32,000 nucleotides of DNA. It comes from Acinetobacter wanghuae. Lineage in GTDB: Bacteria > Pseudomonadota > Gammaproteobacteria > Pseudomonadales > Moraxellaceae. The stretch is from positions 1 through 32,000 of the forward strand of contig NZ_CP045650.1 of the NCBI RefSeq assembly GCF_009557235.1, in the 5' to 3' direction. The translations under genes and the position numbers were made by a program. Numbering within the stretch: position 1 is the first letter of the stretch; each line of letters begins with the position of its first letter. Below, one piece after another: positions 20,149-32,000 of the stretch. The notes beneath the pieces were generated by a model. It had not been told where the DNA came from, ran no database searches, and worked only from the letters and a program-made list of their open reading frames with translations.

Positions 20149-20694
20149 CTAGTTTCTGCGTTGATCTAACTCTTGTTGACGTTTACGACGTTGCTCATCT
20201 GCTTTCTTTTGATTTTGTGCGTTGGCATTTTTACGTTGTTGCTCGGCACGTTTACGATTGTCATCGGCTCTACGTTTATTTTGTTCAAGCTGATTTTTAC
20301 GTGCATTGTCGAGTTTTTGACGCTGAGCATTGTTACGCTGCTGTTCAATACGTTTACGGTCAAGTTCAGCCTTACGTTTGTTTAATTCCGCTTGTTGACG
20401 ATTGCGGTTTAATTCTGCTTTACGTCGATCTAACTCAAGCTGACTTTGACGCTTTTGATTTAAATTACGACGTTCTAACTCTTGTTTACGACGTTCAAGT
20501 TCCAAGCGTTGACGTTGTTGTTCGTTTTCCCAACGTTGGCGTTCAATACGATTATCATATTGGCGGTTTTGGTTATAACCATAGTCATAACGGTTGTCGT
20601 AGCGATTGTTATTGTAGCCATCATCTGGAAGTGCGACACAGCCTACGGCTAAAAACGTCGTCGCAATCGATAGCAATATTAATTTTTTAGCCAT
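20149..20694 (-). CDS. Lipoprotein with highly charged Q/R/E/N/K-rich repetitive helical region
   Basis: 181 aa with GAGGAG RBS. Signal peptide with lipobox LAVGC. Then a Y/N/R/D-rich stretch and about 130 aa of degenerate heptad-like repeats (xELxRRK type). The DNA shows matching degenerate tandem repeats (recurring CGTTTACG / GTTGACG motifs). Confidence 0.75.
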   Translation of the reverse strand: MAKKLILLSIATTFLAVGCVALPDDGYNNNRYDNRYDYGYNQNRQYDNRIERQRWENEQQRQRLELERRKQELERRNLNQKRQSQLELDRRKAELNRNRQQAELNKRKAELDRKRIEQQRNNAQRQKLDNARKNQLEQNKRRADDNRKRAEQQRKNANAQNQKKADEQRRKRQQELDQRRN

Positions 20695-20865
20695 AATAGC
20701 TGCTCCTCATGAATCTAAAGTTTGTTATAAATCTTTAGATGCGTTATTAAATTGTCAATGACAATTCGTCTAATTAAGATTAGCGTATTAAAGCGAAACA
20801 CTATGTACTGAGTTGTTGGAACATGTATAAAAATATGTTCATATTCGAGCAATCATGTAAGAAAT

Positions 20866-21966
20866 ATGAAGAAGAGTGAATACAGGACAAAAATAATGAC
20901 AGTAATGCAACAACGCCTTCAATCGATGTTGGAAAAAAGCCAAGGTCAGGCAGCACGATTTTTAGACAAACTTCCTTCTGTCGCGCAAGAGGCTTTGGCG
21001 AAGGCTTTAGGATATCCCTATGTGTATCCAGATTTAGATTCTTTTGTGAAATGCTTAATGGCAGTGCAAATTAAACAAGGCAAAGCGGGTTTAATTGGCG
21101 AAGATATCAAGCGCTCACGCGAAATGTTTGAACAGAACATGCAAGCCATTGCAGCGAAGCCCACTGAAGTGAAGTTGGTCGACGACCTAAGACTGCCTTT
21201 ACAAAACGGGACTATTTTTGCACGGCATTACCATCCAGCGCCTAATAAAAAATTACCGATGATTGTCTTTTATCACGGTGGTGGTTTTTTGGTAGGTAGT
21301 TTAGATACTCATGATGAATATTGTCGTTTGTTGGCGAATCACGCCAATGCACAAGTTCTCAGTATTGGTTATCCATTAGCACCTGAAGCTAGTCCATTGC
21401 AAATCGTTAAAATTTGTGAGGATGCTTTGGCGTGGGTACATCAACATAGCAAGCAATTTAAAATTTTAAAAAATCGAATTGCGCTTGCAGGCGATAGTGC
21501 AGGGGGGAATTTGGCAGCGGTGGTTGCACAGCGCAGCGTAGACAAAGCTTATGCGCCCAATGCACAGCTTTTAATTTATCCTGCAATGGACTTTAAAAGT
21601 CGTCATCCTTCTTATTATGCTTATAAAGATGGTTTGGTTTTAACTGAAAACGATATTGAGCGCGTAACACAGCATTATGCCCAAACACATAACGTTGCTT
21701 TAGATGATCCTATTATTTCCCCAACCTATGGTCAAACCAAGAATTTGGCACCCGCTTATGTGATTACGGCACGTCATGATGTCCTGCATGATGAAGGTTC
21801 AATCTATGCGCATAAGTTGCAAAAGAATGGCGTGAAAGTTTATTACCAAGAATATGTGGATCAAGCGCATGGCTTTATTAATATGACTCCGATTTCAGCT
21901 CGAGCGAAGAAACATGTGATCGAGATGAGTAAGCATTTCCGTAAATTCTGGGATAAAAATAGCTAA
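20866..21966 (+). CDS. Alpha/beta hydrolase, hormone-sensitive-lipase (family IV) type esterase/lipase
   Basis: 366 aa. Oxyanion-hole motif HGGGF, nucleophile elbow GDSAGGNLA, distal DVLHDEG and QAHGF for the Asp/His of the triad. The start is uncertain (20866 or ATG 20896). Confidence 0.85.
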   Translation: MKKSEYRTKIMTVMQQRLQSMLEKSQGQAARFLDKLPSVAQEALAKALGYPYVYPDLDSFVKCLMAVQIKQGKAGLIGEDIKRSREMFEQNMQAIAAKPTEVKLVDDLRLPLQNGTIFARHYHPAPNKKLPMIVFYHGGGFLVGSLDTHDEYCRLLANHANAQVLSIGYPLAPEASPLQIVKICEDALAWVHQHSKQFKILKNRIALAGDSAGGNLAAVVAQRSVDKAYAPNAQLLIYPAMDFKSRHPSYYAYKDGLVLTENDIERVTQHYAQTHNVALDDPIISPTYGQTKNLAPAYVITARHDVLHDEGSIYAHKLQKNGVKVYYQEYVDQAHGFINMTPISARAKKHVIEMSKHFRKFWDKNS

Positions 21967-22019
21967 ACAGTTCTACAACTATATATAGTCAAAAGGCGTT
22001 TCACGTGGAACGCGTTCTT

Positions 22020-22691
22020 TTATTTGTCATTTATACGTGCTTTAGGGAAGACCAAACTAAAATTCGGTACATAAAAGCTTTGTAAATAACGTGCTTGTGA
22101 AAAGTCTGGAAAAATAGTGTGAGTGTCTCGCCATTCGACCTTGCTCAGCTTAGAGAGATGTCCTCTAAAGGTCGGTGCAAATTGAAAGCGTTGTCCTTTC
22201 CATGCTTGGCGAATTGTCAGCATCGAATTTGGAATATGGTGACTATTAATATAAAACTGTCTTGCTGACTTGGGTTGGTAAAGATGAATCGTCATCTGCT
22301 GACCTTGATGGGTAATCTTACATTGCAGATGCTTTTCATCTTCAGTCCATTCAAATTGAGCATGCTCTTTAGGAATGCCCCATAAATGTTGCCCATGAAT
22401 AACAGACTCAAGGGTGGATACATAAATTTTAGGAATGGAGCTTAAGCGACGTTTACTCATTAAAGGATGATCTAGAATTAACAGCTCATCATAAGGTCCA
22501 ATGGGAGCGTTTTGATAACGTACCAATAACACTTGAACCATGCGACCTAATGGCGAAGGGGCAAGATGAAACTGTGCATGTTGTTTAATAAACTGCGGTG
22601 ATATCCAATAATTCAAAATAAAACCGTCCCCCTGTAAATGCCAAGGCGGAAATTGATGGATATTTTTTTCCACTAATTCAGGATAGCGCAT
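22020..22691 (-). CDS. Hypothetical protein, possibly acetoacetate decarboxylase (ADC)-like family
   Basis: 223-aa ORF with GAGA RBS. The family guess rests only on size and a remembered ADC-like pattern (W..GDG...Y, VRYQNAPIGPYDELLI). No catalytic assignment is possible. Confidence 0.6.
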   Translation of the reverse strand: MRYPELVEKNIHQFPPWHLQGDGFILNYWISPQFIKQHAQFHLAPSPLGRMVQVLLVRYQNAPIGPYDELLILDHPLMSKRRLSSIPKIYVSTLESVIHGQHLWGIPKEHAQFEWTEDEKHLQCKITHQGQQMTIHLYQPKSARQFYINSHHIPNSMLTIRQAWKGQRFQFAPTFRGHLSKLSKVEWRDTHTIFPDFSQARYLQSFYVPNFSLVFPKARINDK

Positions 22692-22794
22692 CTTATTCTC
22701 AATATTTTAGTCGGCAGATATGCTGCATTATTTTTGATCTACGATTAATATAACGCGATATCTATATATGTCGTGTAATGAGAAGAGTTAAATA

Positions 22795-23367
22795 ATGTTA
22801 AAAACAATTTTAGCTGCATGTGCACTCAGCATAATGAGTATGCAAATTTTTGCCGCGAACACTGTGGTCGAGATGAAAACGACAGCGGGTACGATTGAAA
22901 TTGAACTTTATAATGACAAAGCACCCATTTCATCAAAGAATTTTGAAGAGTATGTGAAAGCCAACTTCTATAACGGCACAATCTTCCATCGTGTCATTCC
23001 AGACTTCATGGTGCAGGGTGGCGGCTTTGACGAAAACATGGTGGAAAAACCCAATGCACGTCCGACTATTCAAAATGAATCGTCAAATGGCATTGCTAAT
23101 AAACGTGGCACTTTAGCCATGGCACGTATGAATCAACCAAATTCAGCACGTTCACAGTTCTTTATTAACTTAGTTGATAATAAATTTTTAGATCGTTCAG
23201 CGATGAATGCTGGTTATGCTGTGTTTGGGCAAGTCATTAAAGGGATGGACATTGTCGATAAAATTGCGAAAACACCTACCGTGAACTATGCAATGCATCA
23301 AAATGTACCAAAAATCCCGATTAAGATTAACAGTGTGCATATTAAAGAAGCAGTGCAAGTAAAATAG
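22795..23367 (+). CDS. ppiA: Periplasmic peptidyl-prolyl cis-trans isomerase A (cyclophilin type)
   Basis: 190 aa. Signal peptide ...MQIFA. Cyclophilin signature FHRVIPDFMVQGGGF, plus GTLAMAR and SQFFINL. Same length as E. coli PpiA. Confidence 0.9.
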   Translation: MLKTILAACALSIMSMQIFAANTVVEMKTTAGTIEIELYNDKAPISSKNFEEYVKANFYNGTIFHRVIPDFMVQGGGFDENMVEKPNARPTIQNESSNGIANKRGTLAMARMNQPNSARSQFFINLVDNKFLDRSAMNAGYAVFGQVIKGMDIVDKIAKTPTVNYAMHQNVPKIPIKINSVHIKEAVQVK

Positions 23368-23501
23368 CTCAAAAATATGAAAATTAATTAAAATGATTAA
23401 TTTTATATATAAAACAGTAGCTTGAGTTGTGTTTTGTTTAAATTATAATTAGGTTGGTGTGTAAAAATAAAACACTCGTGTTTTATGTCAGTTAAAAGCA
23501 C

Positions 23502-23529
23502 TTGCACGTGTAGGAAATTGCCCTATAAT
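23502..23529 (+). promoter_or_regulatory. rrn P1-type sigma70 promoter
   Basis: -35 TTGCAC (23502-23507), 16-nt spacer, -10 TATAAT (23524-23529) in the context CCCTATAATG as in E. coli rrnB P1. AT-rich UP-like sequence upstream and a G+C-containing discriminator downstream. Lies about 265 nt upstream of 16S. Confidence 0.7.
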
Positions 23530-23795
23530 GAGCCCATACCGACGAGATAGACGGAAACGAACGAAGCACGAAGTGCTGAGTTGTTAAGTTTATCGAAGTC
23601 CAGCTCTTAATACTGACGAAGTATTAAGAAGATCATTAAGAGATTATGAAGAACAACTTGTGTGGATTTTTACTGATTGATTGATCGAAATTATTTTCAT
23701 TGATTGATGGTAGAAATTACTCGAAGTTTATTTGAGAAATATTTGTCAGAAAATTGATGAGCCAAGATTGGTAGCCTTTAAGCTACTACTGATTT

Positions 23796-25334
<1,539 letters not shown>

Positions 25335-25394
25335 ACGAAAGATTGACGATTGGTAAGAATCCACAACAAGTTGTTCTTCATACGATGTACCTGA

Positions 25395-25471
<77 letters not shown>

Positions 25472-25514
25472 TCTGCAAAACAGAAATCAGATACATTGAT
25501 CTAAATGATAAGCT

Positions 25515-25590
25515 GGGGACTTAGCTTAGTTGGTAGAGCGCCTGCTTTGCACGCAGGAGGTCAACGGTTCGACTCCGTTAGTCTCCACCA
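25515..25590 (+). tRNA. tRNA-Ala (anticodon UGC)
   Basis: Acceptor stem GGGGACT/AGTCTCC with the G3:U70 identity pair, anticodon loop CTTTGCACG, T-loop GGTTCGACTCC, encoded CCA end. Confidence 0.95.
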
Positions 25591-26049
25591 AATTTCAAGA
25601 CAAGAAAAGCATGCTTTTCCTTGAAATTTAGGCAAGAAGCTACGCTTCGCGCAGTATGTGATCATACGGTGCTGAGGTTGATTAGTCCTTGAGCTGTCAA
25701 GTGTTTAGATTCTAGAGATTAACAAGTATAAGCGTTATGATACGCGCACTTGGTAATCTCTGTGATTTATCACAGTTGCTACGATCCGATGAGGACGTAG
25801 ACAATCATTAACAGAATATATTTGAGTTGAAATAAATTGTTTAAGGCTCAGAGCTAATTAAACAACAACTTACAAAGCGTAAGCTAAGTGAGTGGTTGAA
25901 TAAGAAGTGATGAGAAACTAGCGATTAACTGAATCAAGCGTTTTGGTATATGATTTTGATTGAAGCTGTACAGTGATTAGATTCACAGTACTTCGAACTG
26001 TATGTTGAAGGTGCTCCTTGTAGGTACCGTCGACTGTTTGGGGTTGTAT

Positions 26050-28946
<2,897 letters not shown>

Positions 28947-29125
28947 ACAACACCCAAACAGTTGGTGTTGTAGTCGAAATCACTACAAAACAACTTGATT
29001 TAGTTTGAAAGCTAAGTAAAATTAAGCAACACATCGATACTCAAATATCTCTGTTAATAACTCTTTTGACCAAAGCTAGGCATGCGAAAGCAACTAAGAC
29101 CATAGCGAGTAATCATAAACAGTTG

Positions 29126-29243
29126 TGCTGGCGACAATAGCAAGAGTGAACCACCTGATCCCTTCCCGAACTCAGAAGTGAAACCTCTTAGCGCTGATGG
29201 TAGTGTGGGATTACCCATGTGAGAGTAAGTCATCGCCAGCTCA
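29126..29243 (+). rRNA. rrf: 5S ribosomal RNA
   Basis: TGCTGGCGAC...CCGAACTCAGAAGTGAAAC...GTCATCGCCAGC. Helix I pairing and a conserved loop match E. coli 5S. Confidence 0.92.
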
Positions 29244-29255
29244 TTAATTCAAAAA

Positions 29256-29288
29256 CCCCCTCAATCAAATGATTGAGGGGGTTTTTTT
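29256..29288 (+). terminator. rrn operon intrinsic terminator
   Basis: 11-bp stem CCCCCTCAATC (29256-29266) / GATTGAGGGGG (29271-29281), AAAT loop, 7-T run (29282-29288). Confidence 0.9.
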
Positions 29289-29409
29289 ATAACTGAACAG
29301 TTATAACGAGCTAACGAATTTTTTAGATAAAGAAAACGAAGCTAAAAACAGATTAATGGTTGATCATTTTATCTGATGAAATAGTATAATATTCACATAA
29401 TCTCATCTG

Positions 29410-31225
29410 ATGTTCTACATGTCTCGCACTTATACGGTTTTCTTATTTATTTTGTGCGTTTTATGCAATAGCATCGCAATGTCTGCGATTCCTTTGAATT
29501 TTGACGAGAATAATAATGCAAATTTGGAAGGATTGTGGAATTATTATCCTGATCATTTAATATTTGACCTTAAACATAATAATAAATCATTGCCTCCATC
29601 CCACTCTGAAGTCCAACTCCCCAATTCTTTTTATACGATTTCTGGTCATAAAGATGGTGTCGCTTCATTCCAACAAAAATTTATATTACCTGAAAATGCA
29701 ATTAAGAAGCATATTTATATTTATGTGCCTTATCAATATGGTGCTTATGAGCTGTATGTTGATGGACGTATGATCGCTCAAGTAGGCGAGGTTGGAGATC
29801 GCTTACAGCATAGAACCATGCTAGCGCCAAAAGTAACGTCTTTCTTCTCACAAAATAAAGAAATTGAAATTACTTTGCAGGCATCGAGTTTTAAACATAT
29901 TCGTGGTGGTTTAGAAAACCCGGTTTATATTGGGTTTAGTCATCCTATTTTGCATAAGTTTTATCGCCAAGTTATTCCGCTGAGTTTAATGAGTGGTATC
30001 TTGCTCATGACGGGTAGCTTTATGCTGCTCTTTGCATTGTATCGTCGTCCAAGTGGCTATTTAAAAAATCCTATATTGTTCTTAAGCTTATTTATTTTAT
30101 GTTTGAGTTTAAGATCATTTTTTGCTGTACCTTTTTTATATAGTTTATTTACGAATATCTCGTGGCTTTGGGGGACACGTGCAGAATATTTATTAAACCG
30201 AATTCGCTTGTTTATTCTTTATCTTATATCTTTATTTATTGCCTAAAAATTTAATCCATCGTTATATTTTTAATATTTCTATTGGTCTCATTCTATGTAA
30301 TATTTTAATTACATTTACTCAGCAACCTCTAATTTTTCAGGATTTTTTCTTTAAAGGTTTTGCTTTTAGTGGGGTTATATTTCTCAATCTTCTTTACTCA
30401 ATTTATCGAATTTTTAAGACACGTACTCCATTTTCAAAGTTAAATGCTTTTGCAATTACTTTGCTTTGCCTGACATTTTTACATGATTATTTGCTGGGTT
30501 TAAAGTTGATCGATTCTGTCGAAATTTCTTTTTATTCATCATGTATTTACTTTATTTGTGTGACATTCCAATTAAGTCGTGATTATGCAAATAAAAGCTT
30601 TGAGTCGGAACGTTTAAACCATAAATTACTTCAACTCAATAAAAGCTTAGATAATAAGGTTTTAGAACGTACACAAACGGTGAACGAATTAAATCGAAAG
30701 CTTGAGTTACAGGTACGTACGGATGCATTAACTGGAAGTTTTAATCGTCATGCTTTAAACCATGAGATTCAAAAGCGATATGAACAAGCACTTGCGCAGC
30801 ATCATAGCTTGGCATTTTTTATGATCGATGTGGATTATTTTAAAAATTATAATGACTATTATGGGCATTTGAAGGGCGATGACATCCTAAAAAATTTGGT
30901 TCAGGCATTAAATAAAATCTTACCTAAAAATGCCTTTTTTGCCCGTTATGGGGGTGAAGAATTTGCCATTATTTTAAGCGGGATTCCATTAGAAAATGTA
31001 CATGCTGTTGCGAATCAGTGTCTCATGCAAGTACGCCGAAAAATGTGGGAACATGCGAATCGACCTGATCATAAATCGATAGTGACCATCAGTATTGGCG
31101 CAGCCGTGATGGATGAACAGTATGTGTATAGCAATTTATATGATTTGATGAAAATAGCTGATCAGCAATTGTATCAAGCAAAAAATCATCGAGATTCAGT
31201 CTCTATCCATTCATATAGGGATTAA
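29410..31225 (+). pseudogene. 7TMR-DISM-type sensor diguanylate cyclase (GGDEF), interrupted by a +1 frameshift near 30197-30246
   Basis: ORF 29410-30246 holds a signal/periplasmic domain plus about 3 TM helices. ORF 30239-31225 holds about 4 TM helices, a coiled-coil linker and a GGDEF domain (DALTGSFNR, MIDVDYFKNYNDYYGH, RYGGEEFAIIL). The second frame is open back to 30197, so the two pieces overlap and together make a 7-TM receptor. A sequencing error cannot be excluded. Confidence 0.7.
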
Positions 31226-31354
31226 TAAAAATAAAATATTTCAAACATTCAGAATGTGTCCTTTATTTACGATTTATAACGTATTTATACCCTGAGTAAG
31301 GATATGGAATGCTAAATTATTAATGATCTAATTTTATAAACGTGAAGAATAATA

Positions 31355-31999
31355 ATGAATCATTTCTATGTAGGTGCAATGTTATGTCTGGGTTTGACTT
31401 CTTATCAACTGACAGGCTGTCAGGCACAGGACAAAACCGCTAAAGAAAAAATTGTGAACCAAGAGCAGGCAAAACCAATCCAGCAATCTAATGCTGCTTC
31501 ATCTGTCACTCAAACACAGCAAACTTATAAAGTCAGTAATATCGCGCAATTTAATGAACCATGGGCAATGGCTGCTTTAAAGGATGGGCGATTACTGATT
31601 ACTGAGCGAAAAGGCACATTACAATTATTTAATCCACAGACGCGTCAAAAAGTCGAAGTAAAAGGTGTGCCTAAAGTTGCTTATGGTGGACAAGGTGGTT
31701 TGGGCGATATTGTATTACATCCTCAATTTGCACAGAATCATCAAGTGTATATCAGCTATGCAGCAGCAGGGCAGGCAGGCTATGGCGCTGTCGTCGCACG
31801 TGGTGAATTAGATTTATCGAATTCCACATCGCCACAACTCAAAAATGTAAAAACCATTTGGGAACAAGTGCCTAAGGTAGATGGTCAGGGACATTATTCG
31901 CATCGAATGTTATTTGGTAAAGATGGCAAACTTTGGATCAGTTCTGGCGAGCGTCAAAAATTTGAGCCTGCACAAGATTTACAATCGAATTTAGGCAAG
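31355..31999 (+). CDS. PQQ-dependent sugar dehydrogenase, YliI/Asd (soluble aldose dehydrogenase) family, lipoprotein; 5' partial (runs off the window)
   Basis: Not in the ORF track because there is no stop. Manual translation from ATG 31355 gives MNHFYVGAMLCLGLTSYQLTGC (lipobox), then ...FNEPWAMAALKDGRLLITERKGTL...YGGQGGLGDIVLHPQFAQNHQVYISY...GHYSHRMLFGKDGKLWISSGERQ. This parallels E. coli YliI blocks from memory. Confidence 0.8.
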   Translation, partial: MNHFYVGAMLCLGLTSYQLTGCQAQDKTAKEKIVNQEQAKPIQQSNAASSVTQTQQTYKVSNIAQFNEPWAMAALKDGRLLITERKGTLQLFNPQTRQKVEVKGVPKVAYGGQGGLGDIVLHPQFAQNHQVYISYAAAGQAGYGAVVARGELDLSNSTSPQLKNVKTIWEQVPKVDGQGHYSHRMLFGKDGKLWISSGERQKFEPAQDLQSNLGK

Positions 32000-32000
32000 G

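Noticed and set aside
20166-20690. Three alternative-frame or opposite-strand ORFs across the repeat-lipoprotein gene.
   Set aside because: The degenerate tandem-repeat DNA stays open in several frames. Only the minus-strand frame has an RBS, a signal peptide and a lipobox.
30239-31225. Treating the GGDEF ORF as an independent gene starting at TTG 30239.
   Set aside because: That start would fall in the middle of a 7-TM module, and the frame is open upstream to 30197, overlapping the end of the previous ORF. A frameshifted single gene is the simpler explanation, although internal initiation cannot be excluded.

Overview
Origin-proximal chromosomal segment of an Acinetobacter-type gammaproteobacterium. 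The assignment rests on 16S/23S sequence character, about 40% GC, and the dnaA-dnaN-recF-gyrB order. Left to right: the replication cluster dnaA-dnaN-recF-gyrB; a small NTF2-like ORF; a 516-bp AT-rich gene-free spacer carrying three DnaA boxes; a formaldehyde-dehydrogenase-like Zn-ADH (-); the ABC-F ATPase yheS (-); three tandem paralogous secreted solute-binding-like proteins (AdeT-like, no transporter partner visible); erpA; an acidic 123-aa ORF and a metzincin protease with a Gln-rich coiled-coil insertion (-); grpE-dnaK (-), each with a sigma32-type promoter and no dnaJ; an 881-bp gene-free region with orphan plus-strand terminators; a highly charged repeat lipoprotein (-); an HSL-family esterase; an acetoacetate-decarboxylase-like ORF (-); periplasmic cyclophilin ppiA; a complete rrn operon (16S, tRNA-Ile-GAU, tRNA-Ala-UGC, 23S, 5S) with an rrnB-P1-like promoter; a 7TMR-DISM/GGDEF diguanylate cyclase split by a frameshift; and the 5' part of a YliI-type PQQ sugar dehydrogenase running off the window. 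I found no CRISPR array, transposase, integrase, phage gene or recognisable defence/toxin module. The window looks like core genome, and I cannot point to a convincing novel multi-gene system. The best leads are the secondary DnaA-box cluster, the orphan-terminator/small-ORF region downstream of grpE, the coiled-coil-inserted metzincin with its acidic neighbour, and the triplicated orphan binding proteins. All coordinates of RNA ends, promoters and terminators were aligned by eye and are approximate to a few nt.
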